The translations under genes and the position numbers were made by a program. Positions 55,856 through 64,000 of a stretch of 64,000 nucleotides of DNA are shown in pieces. Location of the stretch: the IMG/VR virus record IMGVR_UViG_3300025010_000007, positions 16,470 through 80,469 of that record; one strand, given 5' to 3'. How positions within the stretch are numbered: position 1 is the stretch's first letter; the number at the start of each line of letters is the position of its first letter. Below the pieces are notes generated by a model that saw nothing but the letters and a program-made list of their open reading frames with translations, had not been told where the DNA came from and ran no database searches. The DNA is from a virus.

Positions 55856-56929
55856 TTGAGCTTTAGAGAAAATATTCAGAAGTTATCAGTTCAAGTTATA
55901 GAACGCAAGAAGCATATCACAAATGAAGAAATGACTAAACAGGCTTTAATAATCCCGTTTCTTCAGGTGCTTGGATTTGATGTGTTTAATCCTCTAGAAG
56001 TAAAATCAGAATATGATGCTGATTTTGGAAAGAAAAAGGGCGAAAAGGTAGACTATGCTATTTTTAAAGATGACATGCCTATTATGTTTATTGAAGCCAA
56101 GACGGTAAATGAAAATCTTGAAAACCATGACGCACAGCTTTCTAGATATTTTAATACTACCCCCAATGTTAAGTTAGCCGTACTTACTAATGGCATGCAG
56201 TATAAATTTTTTACTGATCTTAAATCTAATAATATGATGGATGAAGATCCGTTTATTCAGTTAGATATAACTAATTTATCAGATAATGATATTGAAGTTT
56301 TATCTAAATTTAGGAAAGAATCTTTTGAAAAAGATGAACTCCTTAAGTATGCCGAGGATATTATTTATACCTCAACACTTAACAGTAAATTAAGAGAATT
56401 ATTCAGGAATCCATCCGATGATTTTGTTAGGTATTTGATTAAGGATTTTAGTGATACCCGCATAACTGCCAATGTTGTGGACAGGTTTAGGCCTATTGTG
56501 AAAAAGGCTATATCTAATGCAGTTCTGGATATTGTCAGTCAGGGTTTACTGCAGCAGGGTGGGGATGCAGAAGAAGTTAAATCTGAGGAGAGTCAACCCG
56601 AAGACAACTGCACACATAAGCCCAAGAAGGAGATTATTACAACCGAGGAAGAATTGAGCGGATTTAGTATTGTTAAAGAAATATTGGCTGAAGCTGGCAA
56701 AGATTTGTCAGAGGTTAATTACAGAGATACAACCGCTTACTTCGGTATTTTTATAAAAAATGCATTAAGCTGGATTGTGCGCTTTAATTTTGATAGTAAT
56801 AAAGGCAAGCATATACTAACTAAACTACCTCTGGAGAGGTCTAAAATGCTGGCCGCTAACTTTAACTGCGAAACCGCACCCAAGGGTCATGGTGAAAGCA
56901 GAATATACATAAATTCCATGATGATCTGA
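55856..56929 (+). CDS. Type I restriction HsdR N-terminal nuclease domain protein; last ~19 codons apparently frameshifted (to 56976)
   Basis: EEMTKQALIIPFL..LGFD, KVDYAI, IEAK, LTNG. Confidence 0.8.
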   Translation: MSFRENIQKLSVQVIERKKHITNEEMTKQALIIPFLQVLGFDVFNPLEVKSEYDADFGKKKGEKVDYAIFKDDMPIMFIEAKTVNENLENHDAQLSRYFNTTPNVKLAVLTNGMQYKFFTDLKSNNMMDEDPFIQLDITNLSDNDIEVLSKFRKESFEKDELLKYAEDIIYTSTLNSKLRELFRNPSDDFVRYLIKDFSDTRITANVVDRFRPIVKKAISNAVLDIVSQGLLQQGGDAEEVKSEESQPEDNCTHKPKKEIITTEEELSGFSIVKEILAEAGKDLSEVNYRDTTAYFGIFIKNALSWIVRFNFDSNKGKHILTKLPLERSKMLAANFNCETAPKGHGESRIYINSMMI

Positions 56930-57002
56930 GAAATTTAAAAGAATTATTGGTTGAGTGTTTTGATATTGCTTTATAGATTATTTAATAATTGGCGGTGATG
57001 CC

Positions 57003-57170
57003 TTGGTTACCGTAACGCTATTTGGAATTATTCTAAATAGCTTATTTATTATATTAGCCACTTACTCCGTACTTATGAAAAACGCTGGGGATACAAAATT
57101 ATATTTAATGCTGGCTATGATAAGTGTTGTAATAACTATTTTAAGCGCTCAATTATTCCACGTGAAATAA
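57003..57170 (+). CDS. Small two-TM membrane protein (55 aa)
   Basis: GGCGGTGA RBS, TTG start, two hydrophobic segments. Confidence 0.5.
   Translation: MVTVTLFGIILNSLFIILATYSVLMKNAGDTKLYLMLAMISVVITILSAQLFHVK
57154..57169. promoter_or_regulatory. parS-like palindrome 4
   Basis: TATTCCACGTGAAATA. Confidence 0.6.
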
Positions 57171-57251
57171 TCCCGCCCCATGCCGGGTATAATTTTATTC
57201 CACATTGCAATTACCTGCTTGGCAGTATAAAATTACTGTCAACTAAAGCCG

Positions 57252-57290
57252 AAAGCCACCCCTTAACTTTGGCCGGTTAGGGTGGCTTTT
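57252..57290 (+). terminator. Terminator/attenuator upstream of the integrase
   Basis: AAAGCCACCC...GGGTGGCTTTT hairpin. Confidence 0.65.
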
Positions 57291-57386
57291 AAATCTAAGC
57301 AGAAGGTTTAATTTCTGCCAGCTTTGCTTTTCATTTTAAGCAATAGCAGGCGAAAAGTCAATCCTTCTGTAATAGGGGGTTTGATA

Positions 57387-58547
57387 ATGGGCACGGTAAA
57401 ATATAACGAGAAAAAGAAATTCTACGAAGTAAGATACGATGCCCCACTTGACGGAGAGGGTAAGAGGGCACAGAAGTATAAGGGCGGGTTTAAGAAAAGG
57501 AAGGATGCCGATGCGTTTCTAGCTGAACAAACTGTTAGCCTTAATCACGGAACCTATATTGATCCGCAAAAAATGTTTATGTTTCAGTACCTCAATGACT
57601 GGCTAGAAGATAAAAAGCAAGGTATTTCACCCACCACATACAACGGCTATGAGATAAATATAAGGTGTCACATCAACCCTTATATCGGCGGTATCCGACT
57701 GCAGGACTTAAAGGCTACGCACATTAGAAAATTATACTCTCAGTTACAGCAAGAACGGGATATTAAGGTGGATGGAGAAAAGAGAAATTTTAAAGCACTT
57801 TCAGGCACATCTATTCAATATGTTCACCGTGTATTATCTAAGGCGTTGGAAGATGCGTACATGGAAGAAACTATTTTTAAAAACCCTGCCAAGCTGGTTA
57901 AGCCACCAGCAAAGGAAAAATTTGAGGCTGGCTTCTTGTCTGTAGATCAGATAAGGGAAATGCTAGTCAGATTTGAAGATGATAGTATGTACCTACCGGT
58001 ATATTTGTCAGTTGTTTTAGGTGCTCGTCGCGGTGAAGTGCTGGGCCTGCAGTGGTCAAACATAGATTTTGATCATAAAGTTATCAAGATTCGCAACAAC
58101 TACATTATGAATAATGGCAAGCCTGAATTAAGAGAAAAGACTAAAACTGATTCATCTACCAGGGATATAGTTGTCACGGATAGAATGATGAGAGCACTTA
58201 AAGACCACCGAAGAAAGCAAAAGGAAATGCGACTGCAACATGGAAAAATGTATCATGTTTCGGATTTTGTTTGTACCTGGCCGGATGGAAAGCCATTTAA
58301 TCCGTCTCATGTATCCAGGGCATTCAGTTTGCGGATGGAAAAGTATGAACTACCGGTTATTCGATTCCATGATCTCAGGCACTCGAATGCCTCATTAATG
58401 TTATCCAGGAATGCCCCTATGAAAGGAGCAAGTGACCGACTGGGACATAGCACCATAACAATCACAAATGATTTTTATGGCCACATTGAGCGATCGGTAC
58501 AGGAGGAAATAGCAAATATAATAGACCAAGCTATATGGGGCGAATAA
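57387..58547 (+). CDS. int: Tyrosine integrase
   Basis: Arm-binding N-terminus, GARRGEV, KTKT, HDLRH, LGHS, Y. Confidence 0.96.
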   Translation: MGTVKYNEKKKFYEVRYDAPLDGEGKRAQKYKGGFKKRKDADAFLAEQTVSLNHGTYIDPQKMFMFQYLNDWLEDKKQGISPTTYNGYEINIRCHINPYIGGIRLQDLKATHIRKLYSQLQQERDIKVDGEKRNFKALSGTSIQYVHRVLSKALEDAYMEETIFKNPAKLVKPPAKEKFEAGFLSVDQIREMLVRFEDDSMYLPVYLSVVLGARRGEVLGLQWSNIDFDHKVIKIRNNYIMNNGKPELREKTKTDSSTRDIVVTDRMMRALKDHRRKQKEMRLQHGKMYHVSDFVCTWPDGKPFNPSHVSRAFSLRMEKYELPVIRFHDLRHSNASLMLSRNAPMKGASDRLGHSTITITNDFYGHIERSVQEEIANIIDQAIWGE

Positions 58548-58611
58548 GCCCTTATTTTTTTACCCATTTCACAACCTAAAAATAATGTGAAATGAATGTG
58601 AAATTACAGTG

Positions 58612-58645
58612 AAAAAGCCACCTTACTTTAGTTAAGTAAAGTGGC
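58612..58645 (-). terminator. Terminator downstream of the tRNA fragment
   Basis: GCCACTTTACTT...AAGTAAGGTGGC-TTTTT on the minus strand. Confidence 0.7.
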
Positions 58646-58652
58646 CTCTAGG

Positions 58653-58717
58653 TGGCGGAGAGACAGGGATTCGAACCCTGGAGACGCTGTTAACGTCTAC
58701 TCGATTTCGAGTCGAGC
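58653..58717 (-). tRNA. 3' half of tRNA-Ser(CGA), att core; not a complete gene
   Basis: CTCGA-CT-CGA-AA-TCGAG anticodon arm, long variable arm, GGTTCGAATCC, GCCA end; no D-arm or 5' acceptor strand. Confidence 0.9.
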
Positions 58718-58849
58718 AATTAGTTTATCATATATTATCATATCAATCACAAACCTAGATATAGCGGGTTTTTTAAAATTATTAGTATTATTTTTTTCAT
58801 AAAATCTAATGAAAAAGTTTATATTTTGTGAAATACCTGTGAAATCAAT

Positions 58850-59722
58850 TTAAGCTTTTAGTTTATCTATTAGATCAAGATCATATTGAGAGGGCATTAT
58901 CTTGCACTTTAAACCATTCCAAGTAAATTCATTTGCTCCTCGGAGATGTTTAATGACTTTTACTTTCTCTACTTCGCTAATACTGCGGTTTTTGCGATAA
59001 TGTTCGCATACCCAATGTTTTAGCGCTGTTCTTCTTTTCTTGCCTTCTGGTATATCTCTAAGTCTAAAAATTTCACGCGCACCAATTGGATCTGTTCTAA
59101 AAGATAAACCAGACCATCCCTCAAAAGATAGATAAACCGTCCAATTGTAATACCTAGAAAATTGCCAACCCAAAGACGCTCTTATCATATTAGAATCCTT
59201 TAAAATATTATCTTGGTTTAAATGCTTGTCAGTAGTTAAGCAAATCCAGTAACCAGGATTTTGAAACCCATAGCCTGCTTCTTTTGGTTTTATATTTTTA
59301 TCTGGTACAAATCCAAAAATACTTTTAGCCGTTAAAATATTAGATTTATTGATATTTACATAACCGACATACATTTCTACCATTATCGGACAATATCTAT
59401 TGATTAGTCCACGTACCTTTTTAGGGTTTGCTGTTCTATACCTTATTAATGAAAAATCATCCTCGTTATCTAATGAGTTAACAATTAGCTTTTGGTCAAA
59501 ATGACAATTGAGATCAGACGGCAATACGTCCATAAAAACTAGGGAATTGTCATTAACTATATCATTTTTTAAAAATGTATCAAGGTACAGCATTGGTTCG
59601 GCCCCATCCCAGGCATTTACCTCTATTTTTTGCGATTTGCTGCCATGAATAGGCTTAATATCAGATAAGTTCATAAAAATTAATAAATTCTCAATGGCTT
59701 CATCAATGTTTTTTGGGTTCAT
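58850..59722 (-). CDS. Hypothetical protein (C-terminal HxVxxHxR motif)
   Basis: 290 aa, AGGAGG RBS. Confidence 0.75.
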   Translation of the reverse strand: MNPKNIDEAIENLLIFMNLSDIKPIHGSKSQKIEVNAWDGAEPMLYLDTFLKNDIVNDNSLVFMDVLPSDLNCHFDQKLIVNSLDNEDDFSLIRYRTANPKKVRGLINRYCPIMVEMYVGYVNINKSNILTAKSIFGFVPDKNIKPKEAGYGFQNPGYWICLTTDKHLNQDNILKDSNMIRASLGWQFSRYYNWTVYLSFEGWSGLSFRTDPIGAREIFRLRDIPEGKKRRTALKHWVCEHYRKNRSISEVEKVKVIKHLRGANEFTWNGLKCKIMPSQYDLDLIDKLKA

Positions 59723-59728
59723 TTATTA

Positions 59729-59860
59729 TTACCTCCTTTTCTTTAGCCATTCATCAATAATTCTTCGTACTAACTCAGATACTTTTAATTTCTGTTTTCC
59801 AGCTTCTTCCTTTAATTTCTCATACCTTTCGTCGTCCATAAAAATACTCCGACGTTTCAA
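59729..59860 (-). CDS. CopG/RHH DNA-binding protein (43 aa)
   Basis: GAGGTG RBS, TTG; KRRSIFMDDERYEKLKEEA...SELVRRIIDEW. Confidence 0.75.
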   Translation of the reverse strand: MKRRSIFMDDERYEKLKEEAGKQKLKVSELVRRIIDEWLKKRR

Positions 59861-59917
59861 TGTATTTCACCTCAAATAAATTATATATCGTTTAGGTATA
59901 CATATCAATTGTTTACC

Positions 59918-59957
59918 AATAAAAATAGGTCGAAATAACCATCGACCTATTTTTATT
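59918..59957. terminator. Bidirectional hairpin
   Basis: AATAAAAATAGGTCGA...TCGACCTATTTTTATT. Confidence 0.7.
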
Positions 59958-60003
59958 GTATTTATTTTTTTTACTTACGACTATTGACGACGGGTGGCGA
60001 CTA

Positions 60004-62646
60004 TTATTTTTTCTTCCGTGACTCCTTGACCTCTGCTTGCCTTTCCTCCCGCCAAGCCTCATCCTGTAGTGTGATCCGTCTTTTGTTTTGTATATACTCA
60101 GTCACTTCTTTCCAATGCCGCCCAAACATTTTCGAACATTCAGACCGTCGATAACTCCGATCCTTAACTTGTTTAGGCGGTGCTGTCATGTGACAGATAA
60201 AAGCAGGTAGCGAATCAGCCCCTGGCAGCTCCATCTTGCAAGCAGCAACCCAACGCTTGGGTAGTTGCTCATATAGTTTTTTGGCTTCCAGCGGGTTAAG
60301 TTTCTCCGCATGGTCAGTAAAAGTTTTCTGCAGTTCCGTTTTGAAAAAGTTAAAGAACGGCCCACCGGCATAAATCCCGGCTTTGTATTTACCAAACTGT
60401 TCGGCTGAGTGGGCAAGAAAGATCATCTTATTCCGATACTTCCGGGCCTCCACTCCTATTTCCCCGTCCAGGAGTGGCCCGGTTCCCTCCAGGCAATTAT
60501 GAGGCTCGTCAATGATGGTATAGAACGGCCTGCGCTTTTGTTGGGGAGTATCCAACCGGCTAAGAGTAGCAAGCCATATTTTAGCCATCAAAAATGATGC
60601 TACCCGGTTAACCCCGTCTTTGCCTAGTTCGGCCTTGGGGATGCGGAGCCCGACAAAGTACCCGCCTTCATCCATCATTTGCCGAAAATCAAGCGCAGGC
60701 TTGCCGTCCGGACGTAACTTCTCCGACTGCAGAAAAATATTAGCAAGCGTCCTTTTCCCGGCAAGTAGATTCAACCTGTCTAATATAGGCTGTACCAGGC
60801 TTTTGTCGGTGCCTTTAATAGCCTTGGCTTGCAGCTCCCGGAGTACGTCAACGACTTCCGACTGAGACTGGATAACCGGGTCTTGTAATAGTTCCTCTCG
60901 GTAAACCGGTGAGGACAAAGCCAGCACCACATCCAGCAGTCCCCGCTTAGGGTCTGTGAGTACACCCTTGCCCACCGGAGATAAGAAGTATTCCATCCGG
61001 TCGGAAAATTCGCTAGAAGCTAACTGGTTGATAAAGGTATATATGTAGTCGGTCATTCGCTCTGCTGCATCCAGCGCGGCAAGTTCGTCCTCCCCCGCCT
61101 GCATCCCGCGCAAAGCAACGTCAGTCAAGGTTAAAGGGATAGGCCAGTGTTTATTTCCAAAATCTAAGTCAAGAATTTTGTGATCTGGCATATCAGCCGG
61201 TAAAGCGTCTCTGACTGAGTTAATAGCATCACCATCGGCCATGTCGAAAAGGAATACCGTTCTGTTATTTTTAACACCTTCGACAGCAAGCACAATCCCC
61301 CTCCCTGTTTTCCCGCATCCCATATTTCCGTAGTCAATCTCTGTTTTGCACTCAATATCTGGGTCGCTGATAGGCAGTTTAGCCTCACGCGTAACACCCC
61401 GGTCTGTTACCCTGCCCAAAGGAATGCCAACAGTACCAAATAATTCGGCCGGCAAGGTGACCTCCTGGAGCTTAATCCCGTTAACTTGCGGGTAATCCTC
61501 CTGCAGTTCCCGGCCTGGGATCTGTATAAGCTTCCCAGCCTCTGCGGTCGATAGAATGCTATGGTTAAATTTCAGCTTCGGCAGGCGCTTAGTGGTTATG
61601 GCCTTGATAGCAGCGGCCTTTTTCTTCTTATTTTTTACCTCCCGGGCCTCAAATTCATTATCACTGGCAAGGTCAGCAAAAGCCCCTGCCAACGTCCTGG
61701 CCGTCGATTCCCGCCTTCCCCTATCGTCAGACTGGGCGACTATCCAGAGGTATGTTCTCATGGCCCCCATGCCGCCTTTGCGCTTTGTGGCCGATGTTAA
61801 GTTTTCGATAGCAAACAAACCGGCTTCGGGATCTACTTCTTTCTTGGCGTACCGATTCTCCTGCTTGTCGGACTTGATCATGTCAGCTACACTCAGCATA
61901 GTCTCTTGCATGAACTGCCCGGCGCACGTCAGGCCCAACCTAAAATACGCTCGAGCATCACCGTTGCGCTTTATCGGTTGCCGTCCGTTACGCAGTATTT
62001 CCCAGGCTTCCTGGTATGTCGCGTTCCAGTCCAGGCGGCCAACAGGATCGAAAAATACAAAAACTTTTGCCTTGTCGCCTGCCTCGAGAGATTTTACGGC
62101 TTGGAGCAGGGACGGCAAAGGTAGGTTGTTTTTGCTGTCGGTCAGGAGCGAATACATATCATGCTTTCTTAGCACCAGTTCATAGATAACGGTCGTTTCT
62201 TTGTCCCATTCCTCGCTGTATCCTTCATCTACCGTGATAGTTGACTTATCCCAAATGCCGGACAGCCGACGAATCCAGCTATCGACACGATCCCCCGGCA
62301 CTGCCAGGAGAAAATCAATACTTTCGGCAGTATAATCGATCTCCCACGTTGCCCGGTCAGGTGCTCTGTAGCGAAGTTTCCAGCCGTCCTCAAAATAGAA
62401 GCGATCCAAAGGTATTTTGAAAGCATCTGTGATTGATTTAGCTATATCCTCAGTGTGCCAGTTCCGGGCCGATGTGTCAGGACGGATACGGATAACTTTA
62501 TGCTCAGGTGCAACGATCTGGTAGTGGTCGCGGAAATTAAAACGCTGTTTTTGCTCCGTTTCGTACCATTCTGCGTCGATGAAATCGGGCTGATTATTTC
62601 GAGGAACCAAAGCCGTAGACTGAAAAAACTTTTTAATAAAAATCAC
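60004..62646 (-). CDS. VirB4/TraD/HerA-superfamily ATPase
   Basis: Walker A GNMGCGKT, Walker B YTIIDEPH, EARKYR..IFLAH; 880 aa. Confidence 0.75.
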   Translation of the reverse strand: MIFIKKFFQSTALVPRNNQPDFIDAEWYETEQKQRFNFRDHYQIVAPEHKVIRIRPDTSARNWHTEDIAKSITDAFKIPLDRFYFEDGWKLRYRAPDRATWEIDYTAESIDFLLAVPGDRVDSWIRRLSGIWDKSTITVDEGYSEEWDKETTVIYELVLRKHDMYSLLTDSKNNLPLPSLLQAVKSLEAGDKAKVFVFFDPVGRLDWNATYQEAWEILRNGRQPIKRNGDARAYFRLGLTCAGQFMQETMLSVADMIKSDKQENRYAKKEVDPEAGLFAIENLTSATKRKGGMGAMRTYLWIVAQSDDRGRRESTARTLAGAFADLASDNEFEAREVKNKKKKAAAIKAITTKRLPKLKFNHSILSTAEAGKLIQIPGRELQEDYPQVNGIKLQEVTLPAELFGTVGIPLGRVTDRGVTREAKLPISDPDIECKTEIDYGNMGCGKTGRGIVLAVEGVKNNRTVFLFDMADGDAINSVRDALPADMPDHKILDLDFGNKHWPIPLTLTDVALRGMQAGEDELAALDAAERMTDYIYTFINQLASSEFSDRMEYFLSPVGKGVLTDPKRGLLDVVLALSSPVYREELLQDPVIQSQSEVVDVLRELQAKAIKGTDKSLVQPILDRLNLLAGKRTLANIFLQSEKLRPDGKPALDFRQMMDEGGYFVGLRIPKAELGKDGVNRVASFLMAKIWLATLSRLDTPQQKRRPFYTIIDEPHNCLEGTGPLLDGEIGVEARKYRNKMIFLAHSAEQFGKYKAGIYAGGPFFNFFKTELQKTFTDHAEKLNPLEAKKLYEQLPKRWVAACKMELPGADSLPAFICHMTAPPKQVKDRSYRRSECSKMFGRHWKEVTEYIQNKRRITLQDEAWREERQAEVKESRKKK

Positions 62647-62667
62647 CTCTTTTTATTTGAAATTGTA

Positions 62668-62696
62668 TTGACGTTATCAATTCATCATACTATAAT
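62668..62696 (+). promoter_or_regulatory. SigA promoter
   Basis: TTGACG-17-TATAAT. Confidence 0.7.
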
Positions 62697-62741
62697 TCAA
62701 TTATAGAAATCGTACTGACGAAATCAAAGGAGGAGCGTAAA

Positions 62742-62921
62742 ATGAAAACAATGATAGAAAAGGTCAAGATTGAAAACGTCGAAAAAGGTAATCAGGTTGT
62801 CGGTAAAGGCGAAGTATCAACTGTAATCAATCGTGCACATGCTAGATTTATCAGGCTATGTTTGGTGGGCGGCAGTGTAGTAGAAGGAACATATGGCAAA
62901 GAGCTAGCGGTTATAAGATAA
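62742..62921 (+). CDS. Small hypothetical protein (59 aa)
   Basis: AAAGGAGG RBS; MKTMIEKVKIENV... Confidence 0.65.
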   Translation: MKTMIEKVKIENVEKGNQVVGKGEVSTVINRAHARFIRLCLVGGSVVEGTYGKELAVIR

Positions 62922-62933
62922 GGAGTTGATACA

Positions 62934-63128
62934 ATGTCACCACGCGGAGGCAAGCGGTCTAACTCAGGCCGCAAAGCCCCGGAAGGGGTAAGAACTAACA
63001 GAAGTATTAAGATGTCGGATGCAGAATGGCAAAACCTCCAAGCCCTCGCTGATAAAAATAATATGACTGCCAGCGAATATGTGAGGGATTTTATTAAAAA
63101 GGAGATTGAGAATAATGAAAAAAGTTAG
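62934..63128 (+). CDS. RHH DNA-binding protein with GGxRxxxGR tail (copy 1)
   Basis: RGGKRSNSGRK..RSIKMSDAEW..ASEYVR. Confidence 0.75.
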   Translation: MSPRGGKRSNSGRKAPEGVRTNRSIKMSDAEWQNLQALADKNNMTASEYVRDFIKKEIENNEKS

Positions 63129-63528
63129 AATATCTAATACACCTAGAAAACTTGAAGATACTAGTTGGTTAGCTCAACTAATCCAAGATAAGATGGATGT
63201 TGAGTTCAGCAAGAATGAGGCGTCTAGTCGCTGGAGTTGCTTGCAAACACTACACATAATCGTCAATGAGGCAGATGACCAGGACAATCAGAGTATCTAC
63301 TATGACAACTATAACGGCAAACGGTCAATTGTAATATGTGATATACCCTCCCTAATGAAGCACGGAACGGACTTCGACAGGTACGGGATGCAGTGCAGGT
63401 TAAGAGGACTTTCCGAGCGCTACAAAGACGATGACGGGATGTATATAGTTTATGTATCAACCACACACGACCTTAACAGCGCAACTATAAAAGATGTATC
63501 AGAGTTAATGTACCAAATAGGAGGCTAA
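63115..63528 (+). CDS. Hypothetical protein
   Basis: AAGGAG RBS within the RHH gene end. Confidence 0.65.
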   Translation: MKKVRISNTPRKLEDTSWLAQLIQDKMDVEFSKNEASSRWSCLQTLHIIVNEADDQDNQSIYYDNYNGKRSIVICDIPSLMKHGTDFDRYGMQCRLRGLSERYKDDDGMYIVYVSTTHDLNSATIKDVSELMYQIGG

Positions 63529-63532
63529 ACAT

Positions 63533-63730
63533 ATGACAAATAAACATGGAGGCAAGCGGTCTAACTCAGGCCGCAAGCCTTTGACGGAAGAACTAATTCG
63601 CCGTAATCACTCAATTAAGTTTACGGATCAGGAGTGGTTAACAGTTCAGGGTCTGGCTGCTAAAAGTGGTATGGACGTGAGCAAGTATATTAGAAGTTTA
63701 ATTGAGAAGGAGATTGAGAATAATGACTAG
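63533..63730 (+). CDS. RHH DNA-binding protein (copy 2)
   Basis: HGGKRSNSGRK..HSIKFTDQEW..VSKYIR. Confidence 0.75.
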   Translation: MTNKHGGKRSNSGRKPLTEELIRRNHSIKFTDQEWLTVQGLAAKSGMDVSKYIRSLIEKEIENND

Positions 63731-63974
63731 ACGAGAAATTAATAAGATTGCCAGCAGAATAAAAAAGGCCAACTTAGTAATTTGGGCAGCAATACATTAT
63801 GCCGAAGAAATCTACGGAATCATGGATAGTGCAACAGAAGAAGAAGTTAGGAAAATTTCTCTTAGACTAAAAGAAATTGATCAAGAAGTTTTAGCCGATC
63901 CGGAAACTTACGCCTTGTTCTTTCAAGAATACCAGGAAATGGCGAAAAAAATAGAGAAATATCAAAATAATTGA
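63723..63974 (+). CDS. Hypothetical protein
   Basis: Same RBS block as 63115. Confidence 0.6.
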   Translation: MTRREINKIASRIKKANLVIWAAIHYAEEIYGIMDSATEEEVRKISLRLKEIDQEVLADPETYALFFQEYQEMAKKIEKYQNN

Positions 63975-63981
63975 TAATACT

Positions 63982-64000
63982 AACCGCTTCGGCGGTTTTT
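63982..64000 (+). terminator. Rho-independent terminator
   Basis: AACCGC-TTCG-GCGGTTTTT. Confidence 0.85.

Larger units (their letters stand above)
58566..58845. other. Attachment site with attP-like architecture
   Basis: TGTGAAAT arm repeats at 58586 and 58597 (inverted at 58566) and at 58827 and 58838, flanking the tRNA core. Confidence 0.75.

Noticed and set aside
58653-58717. Functional tRNA-Ser gene
   Set aside because: The 5' acceptor strand and D-arm are missing.
1-64000. DGR template repeat, reverse transcriptase, lysis genes, ParA
   Set aside because: None seen by eye in the window; not annotated.

Overview
The window is most of a large (>64 kb) temperate contractile-tailed phage of a spore-forming Bacillota, probably Clostridia. 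The host is inferred from SigH-type promoters, a Spo0E-like gene and PBSX/Xkd-like tail genes. Left to right, almost all on the minus strand: a truncated FGE/C-type-lectin tail adhesin ending in a DGR-type variable region; baseplate and tape measure; a 5.8-kb accessory island; tail chaperone with a -1 frameshift; tube, sheath and neck; two fused head genes (protease-scaffold-capsid, and portal-MuF with a LAGLIDADG intein); terminase; morons; an Xpf-like late activator; an early/replication region (RusA, long ParB, multi-TRD C5 methylase, DnaB, initiator with iterons, Spo0E-like, beta-clamp-like, PAPS reductase-like, SbcD-SbcC fusion, tRNA-like RNA); a Cro/CI/ImmA switch; and a tyrosine integrase. 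Beside the integrase is a 3' half of tRNA-Ser(CGA) with arm repeats on both sides, which looks like an intact attP. Beyond it are a VirB4/TraD-like ATPase and tandem RHH cassettes. Best candidates for undescribed biology: two paralogous convergent 'small peptide / 3-TM protein' modules under SigH-like promoters, four parS-like palindromes with two ParB genes and no ParA in the window, a tRNA mimic lacking an anticodon arm, and an apparently Asp-specific ([LIV]TD) head maturation code. All family assignments come from motifs read by eye; no database was searched.
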